A DNA stretch of 62,627 bases from a virus (Duplodnaviria; Caudoviricetes), in the IMG/VR virus record IMGVR_UViG_3300030620_000006, positions 1 through 62,627 of that record; one strand, 5' to 3'. Under the pieces are notes generated by a model that saw only the letters and a list, made by a program, of their open reading frames with translations, had not been told where the DNA came from and searched no databases. Shown here piece after piece: positions 15,229 to 24,374 of the stretch. The position numbers and the translations under genes are program-made. Numbering within the stretch: the first letter of the stretch is position 1; every line of letters starts with the position of its first letter.

Positions 15229-16370
15229 CGCTTCCCTCCCTTCTTCGCCTTCGCCCGGGTCAGGATCTCGGCCTCGACCTGAGCGGCATCCGACGCCGGC
15301 AGATCCTCGAGGCGGTCGCCGAACACCTGCTCGATCTCGGCGACGGGGATGCCGTGCTTGTCGCAGAGTCCGCGGAAGCGGGTGACTTGGCCGGGGGTGA
15401 GATTGCCGCCCTCGGCCTCGGAGTCCTCGGCGGGTGCCGCTTCGGCTGCGGGCTCTTCGGCCGTCGTCTCGCCCTTGGCCGCGCCACCCGACAGGCGGTT
15501 GGCGAGCGCGGCCGTCCGCGCCCCTGGCTCGGCCTCGACCGCCGCCGCCTCCGAGACCTCGGAAAAGTCGAAGTCGAGATCGTCCTGCTCGAGCGCCTGG
15601 ATCAGCGCGCCGGACTTCTCGGCCGAGAGGGGCAGCCACTTCGCCGCACGCCGAAACACGGTCTTGCGCGCCATCTCGTTCCAGTGGTTCCGCCACGCTG
15701 GCGAGTCCTTGGACTTGGCGTTCTGCCTCACCGTCTCGACGTCGGCCGCGGTCATCCAGTCGGCCTGGTAGCCGCAACCCTTGACCTCGATGAGCGCGTA
15801 GGCACCCAGGGGGCGGCCGCGGTCCCCCGTGATCAGCGGTCGGAACTCGACCACCGGCGCGGTGCCCTTCTCGTAGCGAAAGTGGTCGTTCTCGCAGACC
15901 ACCTCGGCCTCGATCCGGCCGATCTCTCCCGACTGCCGGGCGAGTTTGGCCAGTCCCCGGTAGCCTGGGATCAGTTGGCATTGCTCCACCCAGACCGGGC
16001 GGTCCTTGGTGCCGATGTTGTTGCGGAACGGCACCGGGTATGCCTCGCCGAGCGTCCCAGAGAGATCCAGCCCCAGCTCGGCGGCGCGCTGGATCGTCTC
16101 GAAGATGCTGGCCGTTGTGCAGCGCAGCAGCGCGGGGTTGCGGTTCACCGCTACCAGCATGGTCTTGATGATCCGGGCGGGCGTGACGTGCTTGGGCAGC
16201 AGGCTCGCGATCGACTTCTGGTTCTTCTCGAGCAGGCTCTTGAGCGTGCCGGCGGTGCCCACCGGCGCCAGCGGGTCGTACTTCGGGGCGACTTCCAATG
16301 CCTCGCCAGGATCCATCACCTCGACGGTTGGCGCTGTCCGTTCTTGGGTCGTCTCCATCGAATCCTCCAT
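15225..16370 (-). CDS. recT: RecT-family single-strand annealing protein
   Basis: AAELGL...GEAYPVPF...QLIPGYRGLAKLARQSG...MARKTVFRRAAKWLPLS. Confidence 0.95.
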   Translation of the reverse strand: MEDSMETTQERTAPTVEVMDPGEALEVAPKYDPLAPVGTAGTLKSLLEKNQKSIASLLPKHVTPARIIKTMLVAVNRNPALLRCTTASIFETIQRAAELGLDLSGTLGEAYPVPFRNNIGTKDRPVWVEQCQLIPGYRGLAKLARQSGEIGRIEAEVVCENDHFRYEKGTAPVVEFRPLITGDRGRPLGAYALIEVKGCGYQADWMTAADVETVRQNAKSKDSPAWRNHWNEMARKTVFRRAAKWLPLSAEKSGALIQALEQDDLDFDFSEVSEAAAVEAEPGARTAALANRLSGGAAKGETTAEEPAAEAAPAEDSEAEGGNLTPGQVTRFRGLCDKHGIPVAEIEQVFGDRLEDLPASDAAQVEAEILTRAKAKKGGKR

Positions 16371-17266
16371 CAGCGCTTCACCCGCCGCAGAGCGCGGAAG
16401 GTGGAGCAAGTCGAGTACTTCTCAGCGATCCTTGGTTGGTCGCGGCGCAGGGCCTTGGCGTCGATGCCGTTGCGGTTCTGCTTTCGGTAGGTGTAGACGT
16501 ACTCGGGGTCGCCGTAGTCGATGCCCTCGGCGTCGCCGGCGGCGGCAACCAACTCGGACCAGGCGTTGCCCTTGTCGAACTCTGCGGCCTTGAGCGACTC
16601 ATGCGCGGCCTCGTACCGCGAGACCAGGTCGGGGTCGACCGCTGCCCACGACTCCGGCTCGCGGCGCACGCGCTTGAGCACTTCGGGCGAGGGGAGCGAG
16701 CCGACCGGGGGCACCTTGGCCTCGACGTGATCCCGCCAGAACAGCGAGCAGCCATCGACCACAGCGCGGACCAGGTCATCGTTCCGCTCGACCCGGTAGA
16801 GGCGCCGGGCCAGCCGATCGAACTCGGCGAGCAGCACCGGCACCCACACCACCTCGAGGCGGGCGCAGTGCATTTGGACGTGGGCCTGCACGATCACCCG
16901 CTCAGGCACCTGATCGGTGCCCTCGGCGCCGTACTCTTTGGGCAGGGAGGTCGTCTTCGCCTCGACGCCTTCGCGCCGCTCGCCGGCGAGGATCGCGTCG
17001 GGGTGGCAGATCAGGATGCCGTCGACGTACTCGGGCTGCTCTTCGGCGATCTCGCGGCCGAGCTGGCGGGCGGCCCACGCGACCAAGCCGCTCTCGAAGT
17101 CGTTGCCGCGGTCGAGCGCCTCGCCGCGGGCTTCCTCGACGCCGTACACCTTCTCCATGTAGACGTCGGCGGCCGAGCGCCACGGGTCGACGCCGAGCAC
17201 TGCCGGAGCGTCGGAGCTGCCGAGGTAGCGAGAGCGGGTGGCGCGCTGCTCAGCCGTGATCGGCAT
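16370..17266 (-). CDS. YqaJ-like viral recombination exonuclease
   Basis: RSRYLGSSDAPAVLGVDPW, CHPDAI, VEAKT and QAHVQM; adjacent to recT. Confidence 0.92.
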   Translation of the reverse strand: MPITAEQRATRSRYLGSSDAPAVLGVDPWRSAADVYMEKVYGVEEARGEALDRGNDFESGLVAWAARQLGREIAEEQPEYVDGILICHPDAILAGERREGVEAKTTSLPKEYGAEGTDQVPERVIVQAHVQMHCARLEVVWVPVLLAEFDRLARRLYRVERNDDLVRAVVDGCSLFWRDHVEAKVPPVGSLPSPEVLKRVRREPESWAAVDPDLVSRYEAAHESLKAAEFDKGNAWSELVAAAGDAEGIDYGDPEYVYTYRKQNRNGIDAKALRRDQPRIAEKYSTCSTFRALRRVKR

Positions 17267-17570
17267 CGCCGCCTCCCCCGATCCGCGCCCACTCCCACGC
17301 CCCGACCTGACGCACCTCGATGCGCGCGTAGAGCAGCGCCGGCATCCGGCTGCGCATGGCCTCGTGTCCCTCGCGCACCGTATTGCCGCCGCAACCGCAC
17401 TCGATGCCGGCGCAGCAGACGTAGGCGTCCGGGTCTTGACCCAGCGCTTCCCATGGCCTCGGATGGATCAGCAGAGCCAGTCGGCGGTCGGCGCCCTCGC
17501 GGGTCTGGTAGAGGACCCGCTTGGAGCGCATGTGCTCGCGGCGTGAGACGACGGCGTATTCAGCCGGCAT
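17250..17570 (-). CDS. Hypothetical protein
   Basis: Overlapping ORF in operon orientation with GGAGG upstream. Confidence 0.55.
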   Translation of the reverse strand: MPAEYAVVSRREHMRSKRVLYQTREGADRRLALLIHPRPWEALGQDPDAYVCCAGIECGCGGNTVREGHEAMRSRMPALLYARIEVRQVGAWEWARIGGGGDADHG

Positions 17571-17898
17571 CGCCGCCTCCCTCGGTCGGAGCTTCGACCT
17601 TGCGCGCGTGGTACTGGGGCGACTCGCCCGACACTGCGAACCAGACCGTCTCGCCGCCCCCGTCAGGCGTCACGCGGACCGTGGCCTCAGAGCCGCCGAT
17701 GATCGTGTAGTCGCCGTAGGCGTCGGTTTCGTCGGCCCACTTCTCGGCCGCCTGCTCGGCGTCGAGCGCATAGATGCGCTCGCCATCTTCGTCCTCGCCG
17801 TGGCTGTCCGCTTCCCACACCCGCCAGCACGGCGGGCACTCGTGGCTGTCGATCCACCCGTAGGTGCCGCAGATAGAACAGCGGTCGTAGCGGCTCAT
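17560..17898 (-). CDS. Hypothetical protein
   Basis: N-terminal CxxC; IYALDAEQAAEKWA. Confidence 0.65.
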   Translation of the reverse strand: MSRYDRCSICGTYGWIDSHECPPCWRVWEADSHGEDEDGERIYALDAEQAAEKWADETDAYGDYTIIGGSEATVRVTPDGGGETVWFAVSGESPQYHARKVEAPTEGGGDAG

Positions 17899-18140
17899 GC
17901 CCCACCTCCCGCCGCCACCGTCTCAGGAGCCAGGATGCTCGCCCAACAGGCCGGGCAGTAGCAGCAGGAGGTGTACGGGTCGAAAGCGACCCACCCCTCC
18001 GGGGCGACGCTCTCCGGGGTGTCATGGACGTAGCGACCGAAGCCGCCCAAGCGCCCAGAGAAGGTCTCAAAGCGCCTGCGTAGCACGGCCTGCGCCTTGG
18101 CGTCGCAGCTGTCGCACTCGAAGATCGCGCGCACGCTCAT
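17895..18140 (-). CDS. Zinc-ribbon hypothetical protein
   Basis: FECDSC...PEGW...YCPAC. Confidence 0.65.
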   Translation of the reverse strand: MSVRAIFECDSCDAKAQAVLRRRFETFSGRLGGFGRYVHDTPESVAPEGWVAFDPYTSCCYCPACWASILAPETVAAGGGA

Positions 18141-18652
18141 GACGCCGCCACCGGCTCAGGAGCCCCGGCGAAGCGCCCGGGTCCCTCCATCGCTCGCCGG
18201 CGCTCTTCCTCCGCGGCCTGCCGCTCGGCCTCCCTGCCGGCAACGTCGAGCACCCGCTGCCAGACTCGCCAGTAGTCGGCGAGGATGGCTTCCCGCTGGT
18301 CCGGAGACTCGGCGGCGGCGGCCGCATGATCGAGCGCATCGGCGGCCCGGATCAGGTCGTAGAGGACGCTCTGTCCGGTGGGCTCCGGTTGCACCCGGAT
18401 CAAGGCCCGCGCCCGCGAGATCAGCGACCCCGCCAGCGAGTGCCGCTGTACGAGGTCGTCGAGGATCCCCTCGGCGCCCGCGGGGTTGCCGCTGGCGGCG
18501 TGAGAGATGTAGTCCCACTCGGTCTCCGGCCCGGCCAGCTCGGCCAGCAGGCGAGCTGCTGCGGAGCGGGTGGTAGAGGGGCCGAAGAGATCGGCGCCGA
18601 GGCGGCGCTCTAGGGCGCCGAGATACGGGGCGGAGGGCTTGTGGAGGGTCAC
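18137..18652 (-). CDS. Hypothetical protein
   Basis: GTG start overlaps the upstream TGA. Confidence 0.6.
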   Translation of the reverse strand: MTLHKPSAPYLGALERRLGADLFGPSTTRSAAARLLAELAGPETEWDYISHAASGNPAGAEGILDDLVQRHSLAGSLISRARALIRVQPEPTGQSVLYDLIRAADALDHAAAAAESPDQREAILADYWRVWQRVLDVAGREAERQAAEEERRRAMEGPGRFAGAPEPVAAS

Positions 18653-18939
18653 GACGTCCTCCGGTTCCAGCGCCGCGCTGCCGAGCGCGCGGAGTAGTCG
18701 TGATCCGCGTAGTCCCTGCTGGCCGCGGCCGTCGCCGCCAGTCCGTGGACCTCGGCCTGGCAATCCTCCTGCTCGCACTGGACCGAGTAGCTCGCCGTCC
18801 AGGTGTTCGTCAGGCGACCCTCGCCACCGCAGAACGGGCAAGGCTTGAGCCGCGCCTCGATCTTCGCGATATGGACGAGAGACAACGGACCGAATGTGCG
18901 GTCGGTGTCGTACCTCGTGCTATCCTCTGTACTCGTCAC
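18649..18939 (-). CDS. Lar-family restriction alleviation protein
   Basis: LKPCPFCGG...VQC...C...AARRWNRR. Confidence 0.85.
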   Translation of the reverse strand: MTSTEDSTRYDTDRTFGPLSLVHIAKIEARLKPCPFCGGEGRLTNTWTASYSVQCEQEDCQAEVHGLAATAAASRDYADHDYSARSAARRWNRRTS

Positions 18940-19266
18940 GTAGCAGTCCTCCGCGCCCGTCAGGTGCTCGCCTGGCGGGCGCCGTCGTTTGGGGTGGTCG
19001 AAGCCCCGATCTCGCTCGGGGCGGGCGCCTGGGTGCCGGGCATACAGGCATGCAGAGACGCGAGAAGGGACCCTCGTGCCCGGCTTCGGTAGGGCCGCCA
19101 GGATCGACCCTTGTGTGCTCCCCCCTCGGGTGACCGCTCAGGCACGGGGCCGCGCGCTCATGGCTGCGGAGCGCGGGAGAGCGGGTTTCAGGTGGGGTTA
19201 CGGTTCGGTGGGTGCGATACGGGGGCATCGCAGACGCCGAAGCGGTCGCCCAAAGAGGGAGCATGT

Positions 19267-19560
19267 TCATGCGGCGATCTCCGCGCCGCGCTCGTCTCGG
19301 CCGTCATCCAGACACGGGAACTCGGGGCTCACCCGACAGCCCGAGCAAGCGACCTCGGCGGGCGTGCCGCGGAAGAGCGACACGTACGAGTCGTGGATCG
19401 TGTGCAGGGCCACCGCGGTGCGCGGCGCATCGTCCCGAGCGATCGCGAGCCCACAGGCTGTCGAGGTCAGGCCGGCGATGTTCCGCCGGCAGCTCTCGTA
19501 GCGCGCGGGGCGGGAGGTGGCGTGTGTGACGCCGTCGCTGGTCCTCGCAATCCAGAGCAC
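19267..19560 (-). CDS. Hypothetical protein (Cys-rich)
   Basis: 97 aa; TACG...VACSGC. Confidence 0.55.
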   Translation of the reverse strand: MLWIARTSDGVTHATSRPARYESCRRNIAGLTSTACGLAIARDDAPRTAVALHTIHDSYVSLFRGTPAEVACSGCRVSPEFPCLDDGRDERGAEIAA

Positions 19561-19562
19561 GG

Positions 19563-19793
19563 CTACCGTCCCCTCTTTTCCGCGGCGGCGGTGATCGCCT
19601 TGAGAAGACGCCTCCGGGCGCGGGTCGTCGCGGCGTCGGTCAGCACGTCGCGGACGGCTAGCCGGTCGATCGCCGCGGCATCGCGCTGGAAGTGATCGAG
19701 GGCACCACTCTCGACCCGGAGCCCCGCTTCCCGGAGTTGGTCTCGCAGCAGCGGCGCGAAGACGCCGAAGCGGAGGGACAGCCGATCAGCCAC
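19563..19793 (-). CDS. Hypothetical protein, paralog of 13430-13638
   Basis: Shared motifs with the paralog. Confidence 0.65.
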   Translation of the reverse strand: MADRLSLRFGVFAPLLRDQLREAGLRVESGALDHFQRDAAAIDRLAVRDVLTDAATTRARRRLLKAITAAAEKRGR

Positions 19794-20532
19794 CGGCGGC
19801 CTCCCGTCGCTCCCGCAGCGCCTCGACGCTCAGCTCGTAGAGCCGGGCGAACGGGGGCTCGACCAGGCCGTCACCGAGTCCCGGGGGCTGCTCGCAGCTC
19901 CAGCACCGCTCCTCGAGCGGGTCGGTCCAGCAGCCACAGGTCGCGCACAGGATCTTGCCGCGCGCCGCGGCCTCTCGGGCGTCCCGGCGGTCGCGCTCCG
20001 CCTCTTGTGCGGCGCGCTGGTGGTCCAAAGCTGCTGCCTCCATCGCCTGATCGAACTCTTCCCGCTCGCGCTGGCGTCTTACGCAGTCGCCGCCCTCCGC
20101 GGCCCGGATGGCCGCTCGCTCGGCACGGCCGCGGCTCGGGAACATGACCGCCGGCACGTTGCTGGCCAACCAGAAAGAGAAGTCGCGGTAGCGTGAGAAG
20201 CGCAGCGCCACGGTCACGCCGGGAGGCAACTCGCGCCGCCCCGACCCCTCTACCGAGCCCCGGGACTGGTCGGCAGCAGGGGTCACGTCTGCCGCGTCCC
20301 GCACTCCGAGGCTCGACGCAGGGGTCGGGGCGGGGGCGGTGTCGATGCGCGGGTCGTCGTCCTCCGGGCCCAGGTTCGACAGGTGCGGGTCGGGCTCGAT
20401 GCCCAGGTCCCGGCAGACCGCGCCGATCGGGCACCATCCGTCTTCGTCGCGCAGCCCGACCGCCGTCAGGCTGAATCGCCGCGCGGTCAGCGGCCACCGC
20501 TCCCAGAACATGGCCTCGGTCAGCTCTTCCAT
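19786..20532 (-). CDS. Mosaic hypothetical protein
   Basis: ATG overlaps the upstream TGA; internal ASNVP..FP.RG module and a C-terminal zinc ribbon. Confidence 0.6.
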   Translation of the reverse strand: MEELTEAMFWERWPLTARRFSLTAVGLRDEDGWCPIGAVCRDLGIEPDPHLSNLGPEDDDPRIDTAPAPTPASSLGVRDAADVTPAADQSRGSVEGSGRRELPPGVTVALRFSRYRDFSFWLASNVPAVMFPSRGRAERAAIRAAEGGDCVRRQREREEFDQAMEAAALDHQRAAQEAERDRRDAREAAARGKILCATCGCWTDPLEERCWSCEQPPGLGDGLVEPPFARLYELSVEALRERREAAGG

Positions 20533-20732
20533 CACGCCGCCTCCTTCCACTCGCTCGGCACCCGCCGCTCCGCCCGCCCCCGCGCCCGGCCGGCCTGTTC
20601 GAACGCAGCCTCGACCGCGGCGGTCCGCTTGGCCCACCACCCGGCCTCCCGCTCCGTGTCCCGGGCGGTCCAGTAGAAGGGGACCGAGAGGGTGAGGGCG
20701 GCGAGGGTGAGGAGGAGGAGCAGGGCGGTCAT
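20532..20732 (-). CDS. Small membrane protein
   Basis: MTALLLLLTLAALTLSVPFYW. Confidence 0.6.
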   Translation of the reverse strand: MTALLLLLTLAALTLSVPFYWTARDTEREAGWWAKRTAAVEAAFEQAGRARGRAERRVPSEWKEAA

Positions 20733-20965
20733 GAGTTGGCCTCCTCCGGCAGGCACCCGCCCGAGCAGCGAGCCGTCCCGACGTACCGCGGCAGATCTCC
20801 CGCGCAATCCGCATCGGTGTCAGCACACCCCTCGCAGAGCGGGCGGTCGCACTCGGCGCAGTGCAGGACGGTGTCGAAGCCGGCCGGCGTGTAGGGCTCC
20901 GGCCCCGGCACGGTGGCGCAGCGGTGGCAGGACTCGTAGGTGCGGGGGACAGCCAGAGCGGTCAT
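20729..20965 (-). CDS. Cys-rich hypothetical protein
   Basis: CHRC...HCAECDRPLCEGC. Confidence 0.6.
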   Translation of the reverse strand: MTALAVPRTYESCHRCATVPGPEPYTPAGFDTVLHCAECDRPLCEGCADTDADCAGDLPRYVGTARCSGGCLPEEANS

Positions 20966-21183
20966 CGGGTCGCCTCCCAGTCGCTGAACCGCCGGACGCT
21001 GACCGCGCCGTCGGCATTGCAGAAGATCTGCCGGACGCCGTCCGGCCGAACCCGCAGCTCGACCTGAGTGGCATCCCGGTAGCCGTCGCGGGGCTCGCGG
21101 TCGAGCCAGACGGTCAGGGTCTGGCCGGGCTTGAGGTGGATGCTCCGGATCTCGACCTGCACTCCGACCCGGGACGCGCCCAT
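20962..21183 (-). CDS. Hypothetical protein
   Basis: Coupled to both neighbours. Confidence 0.55.
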   Translation of the reverse strand: MGASRVGVQVEIRSIHLKPGQTLTVWLDREPRDGYRDATQVELRVRPDGVRQIFCNADGAVSVRRFSDWEATR

Positions 21184-21455
21184 CAGGCCACCTCCAGCCG
21201 CACGCTCGGCAGTCCCTTGACCACCCGGTGCCACATCCGCCCCACGGACCGCCCACAGGCAGCAGCCGCGCAGATCAGTCCGTAGACCCAGGCAGGAGCC
21301 GCGTAGGCGCGAAGGGCGCCGGAGCGCAGCTCGACGAACAGCATGCCCACGCCCTCGCCGAGCGCGCCGTCGGCCGGCAGGTAGCCCACGGCCGAGAGCC
21401 AGCTCGAGCGGACCCGGCGGAGGGGCGGGAGGGTGGGGACGGTCAGGGTGTTCAT
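21183..21455 (-). CDS. KTSC-domain protein
   Basis: VRSSWLSAVGY...LFVELRSG...Y...SVGR...VKG. Confidence 0.75.
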   Translation of the reverse strand: MNTLTVPTLPPLRRVRSSWLSAVGYLPADGALGEGVGMLFVELRSGALRAYAAPAWVYGLICAAAACGRSVGRMWHRVVKGLPSVRLEVA

Positions 21456-21670
21456 GGGGTCACCTCGACGGCCGCGCGCACGGCTTGGCCGCGCGTCGGA
21501 AACGCGGTGTTGGGGACGTTGCTCGCGACGTAGAAGTACTCGCCAAGCGCGGCCCGCTGCCGGTGGCCGAGACGGTGAGAACTCGCGCACGACGCACGGT
21601 CCTCGGCCGAGTACCTCTGGAAGCACCGGGTCACGGCCACGCCGTCCGGCGGTTGCTGGCGAGCGCCCAT
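21452..21670 (-). CDS. Hypothetical protein
   Basis: Shares the ASNVP..FP.RG.A.RAA module with 19786-20532. Confidence 0.6.
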   Translation of the reverse strand: MGARQQPPDGVAVTRCFQRYSAEDRASCASSHRLGHRQRAALGEYFYVASNVPNTAFPTRGQAVRAAVEVTP

Positions 21671-21921
21671 CACGCCGCCTCCCCGGTGGCCGACCCGTCC
21701 TGGGGGAGCGTCCACGAAGACTGTGGTACGGCGCCGTCGGTCAAATCCGCGATCCGGTTCGCCACCGGCAGGCTCAGGCCCCGGCGCCGGCGGGCGAGCA
21801 GGTGGGAGATCAGGGACTCGTGAACGCCGAAGAGCTGAGCGGCCGAGCGCTGCGAGTAGCCCTTCTCACCCATCCAGAGCTGGAGTAGCTCGGCCCCGTC
21901 CCGCGAGTGATTCTCTCTCAT
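21670..21921 (-). CDS. Cro-like XRE HTH regulator
   Basis: YSQRSAAQLFGVHESLISHLL...IADLTDGAV; divergent from the CI-like gene. Confidence 0.85.
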   Translation of the reverse strand: MRENHSRDGAELLQLWMGEKGYSQRSAAQLFGVHESLISHLLARRRRGLSLPVANRIADLTDGAVPQSSWTLPQDGSATGEAA

Positions 21922-21928
21922 GGACCGG

Positions 21929-22019
21929 ATGGTACATGACGCCACGTCACGCTGTCAACCCCAAATCTTGATTCGGCGTCACATCTTGACGGGCGGGGGA
22001 TTCTTGACGTACCGTCAAG
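21929..22019. promoter_or_regulatory. Divergent lysis/lysogeny control region with three operators and a leftward promoter
   Basis: TGACG-N3-CGTCA at 21937-21949 and 22005-22017, with a degenerate copy at 21969-21981; TTGACA-N18-TACCAT on the minus strand (21958-21929). Confidence 0.75.
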
Positions 22020-22023
22020 CGCC

Positions 22024-22479
22024 GTGGACGCTTCGCTCTTCGCCGGGATTGGGTCCGCCATCCGGTCGCTCCGCGAATCTCGGGGGCTGAACAGAGATCG
22101 GCTGGCGACCCGCATCGGCGTGCACCCGAGCACGCTGAGCCACCTGGAGAGCGGCCGGAATTACCCGAGTTGGAACTCCCTGTCGAAGATCCTCGACGCC
22201 CTCGACGCCGACCTCCTGGGCCTCCACTACGCCCTGACCGGCGAACCCGCGCCGCCTCCTCCGCCAGTCAACGCCGTCGGCCCCGATGAGCCGATCGACT
22301 ACTTCAAGGTCCGGATGGCCACCGAGTGGCTGGCTAAGGGCGAGCGGTGGGAGGACTTGAAAGAAATCGCGATGTCTGGCAAGCTACCCGGTCTAGAGCG
22401 CGCGGGCGAGACATCGGGGCTGGTAGACAAGGGGACAGCCCCCGTGCGCGGGAAAGCGGACCGTGGGAATGGGAGCTAA
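22024..22479 (+). CDS. CI-like XRE HTH repressor
   Basis: IRSLRESRGLNRDRLATRIGVHPSTLSHLESGRNYPS; no S24 peptidase domain visible. Confidence 0.85.
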   Translation: MDASLFAGIGSAIRSLRESRGLNRDRLATRIGVHPSTLSHLESGRNYPSWNSLSKILDALDADLLGLHYALTGEPAPPPPPVNAVGPDEPIDYFKVRMATEWLAKGERWEDLKEIAMSGKLPGLERAGETSGLVDKGTAPVRGKADRGNGS

Positions 22480-23491
22480 GTTGGATCTCCACCTACCGAC
22501 CCTCGCCGACCTCAGCATGCTCTCCTCAAGGGCGCGCTGCCACCGCCTCGAGATCAGCGACGAGCTGCGCACGCCGGGCCTGCTGGAGCTGCTGATGGTC
22601 GAGGCCCGGGGGCGCGGCCGGCGGGCGATCGGGTGGGCCTACTCCGCGATCTCCGCTGCCGAGCGGCCTGAGGATCAGGCCCTTGGCTACGCCCTGCTGG
22701 GTCAGGCGCTCCGCCGGGAGGCGTGCCTCTCCGCCGCGGCCAGCGCCTTCGACCGTGCGGCCGATCTGATCCCCGCCGAGGGTGATCCCGATGTCCGTGC
22801 CGAAGCGCTCGGCCTGGTCGGCAGGTGGCGCCAGCACCTCCGGGACTTCGACGCCGCCGGCGAGCTGCTCCGCGCCGCGCTCGACCTCATGCCGCCGGGC
22901 ACCGATCGGCACCTGCATCTGCGGATCGCGGAGGCGACGGGGCGGGGGCAGGCCGGCCAGCCCGGGGCGGCGACGAACGCCCTGGCAACGATCGCTCTGG
23001 AACTGCGCGAGCGGAAGGCGGCGGACGAATGGCTCGATCTCGTGGTCGGCCACAACCTCGCCTCCATGCTGACCCTTGCCGGCGAGCACGATCTCGCCCT
23101 CAGGACCCTGATCGAGCTGCGCGCGCTCTACCTCCGGACCGCCGGCCAGTCCTACGCCTACAAGGCCAACTGGCTCGCCGGCCGGATCGCTCTCGACCTC
23201 GGCCAGCACGAGGCCGCGGACGCGCAGCTCTCATCCGTCGCTGCGTCGGCCAACCTCCGCGACCCGATCGACCGCGGCCTGCTCGAGCTGGAACGAGCCC
23301 ATGCCGCGCTCGGCTGCGGCCGGTGGGCGGAGGCTGGCGAGCGGGCAACCCGGGCGGCGGGTCTGCTCGGCGGGCTCGGAATCCGAGTCGAGGCGACGGC
23401 GGCGGCGATCACGGCAGCGGAGGCGATCCAGGCCGGGACGGGCCGGGCGCTGGCCGCTGTGATCGCCGCGCGACGGCGGATGGGCGCCTAG
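22463..23491 (+). CDS. TPR-like helical repeat protein
   Basis: ALLGQAL...AASAFDRA, HNLASML...GEHDLAL and WLAGRIALDLGQHEAA repeats; overlaps the repressor stop. Confidence 0.75.
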   Translation: MGMGAKLDLHLPTLADLSMLSSRARCHRLEISDELRTPGLLELLMVEARGRGRRAIGWAYSAISAAERPEDQALGYALLGQALRREACLSAAASAFDRAADLIPAEGDPDVRAEALGLVGRWRQHLRDFDAAGELLRAALDLMPPGTDRHLHLRIAEATGRGQAGQPGAATNALATIALELRERKAADEWLDLVVGHNLASMLTLAGEHDLALRTLIELRALYLRTAGQSYAYKANWLAGRIALDLGQHEAADAQLSSVAASANLRDPIDRGLLELERAHAALGCGRWAEAGERATRAAGLLGGLGIRVEATAAAITAAEAIQAGTGRALAAVIAARRRMGA

Positions 23492-23501
23492 TATCAATCT
23501 C

Positions 23502-23550
23502 GCTAAAGTGTGTCGCAGGGGTTGACTTCTGTCCGCGGATAGCGGATACT
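23502..23550 (+). promoter_or_regulatory. Sigma70-type promoter with an internal operator
   Basis: TTGACT(23522)-N17-GATACT(23545); TCCGC-N5-GCGGA palindrome at 23532-23546. Confidence 0.65.
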
Positions 23551-23608
23551 GTCTCCAGTGAACAGGGAGAGGCGATCAAGCCCCCCGGAACCGAGAGGGA
23601 GAACCCCG

Positions 23609-23800
23609 ATGCGCTACGACCACGAAGACGACCTGAGCATCACCACCATCCGGAATCGCCCCGAAGACCTGACCGCCTCCATCCGCGAGCTGCGCCGCCA
23701 GGGGCTCGACCCCTCGACCTTCCGGCATAGCCTGGCGCAGACCAAGGGCGCGACGGTGGAAGCGGTCGACGCGGCGATCGCCGCCGAGGTGGCGCGATGA
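23609..23800 (+). CDS. Small hypothetical protein
   Basis: GAGGGAG RBS, downstream of the promoter. Confidence 0.6.
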   Translation: MRYDHEDDLSITTIRNRPEDLTASIRELRRQGLDPSTFRHSLAQTKGATVEAVDAAIAAEVAR

Positions 23801-24075
23801 CCAAGACCACCGCCACGCGACAGGCCGCCTCCGAGGTGACCATCTACCGCCAGGGGCGCGACTGGATCGTCAGCCGGTACGACGAGCGCATCGGCTGCAA
23901 CCGCCTGACGGAGCCCATGGACTACCCGCGGGCTCGTGAGCACCGCACGGTGTGCGTCGCCGATCGTGCGCTGACCCTCCTCGGCTGCGACGAGGGCTCC
24001 CGCGCCGTCGCGATCTACTCCGCCGGTACCTATCGCGAGCGCATCGACCGAGCGCTCGCCGCCGACGCGTCCTAG
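23797..24075 (+). CDS. Small hypothetical protein
   Basis: ATGA coupling. Confidence 0.65.
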   Translation: MTKTTATRQAASEVTIYRQGRDWIVSRYDERIGCNRLTEPMDYPRAREHRTVCVADRALTLLGCDEGSRAVAIYSAGTYRERIDRALAADAS

Positions 24076-24086
24076 GAGAAGACCCG

Positions 24087-24371
24087 ATGGACACCACCAC
24101 ACCGACCGCCATCGCCGCCCGGCTCGCGAGCATCCTGGAGGAGATCGAGGCCCTCCGGGAGTCCTATCCGGCCCGCCCGTCGCGCCTCGGTCCTCCCGCC
24201 CCCGGCGACGATCGCCCCTACCCGGGCACTGAGACGGGGGCCACGTGGCAGGATCACCACGATGCGATGCGGCGCGAGATCGAGGCTGCGGCGGTGAAGA
24301 TCCGAGACGCCGCCCTGATCATCGCGGGCGCCCACGACCGAGCCGCCGCGTACTGCGGCGTGGAAAGCTGA
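24087..24371 (+). CDS. Small hypothetical protein
   Basis: AGGAG RBS. Confidence 0.6.
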   Translation: MDTTTPTAIAARLASILEEIEALRESYPARPSRLGPPAPGDDRPYPGTETGATWQDHHDAMRREIEAAAVKIRDAALIIAGAHDRAAAYCGVES

Positions 24372-24374
24372 TCT

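Noticed and set aside
4981-21681. Recurrent GGCGTGA / GAGGCGGCGTGA at the ends of leftward genes (4981, 6540, 9110, 12869, 20532, 21670)
   Set aside because: Explained by an RBS and stop/start overlap in translationally coupled GC-rich phage genes, not a separate repeat element
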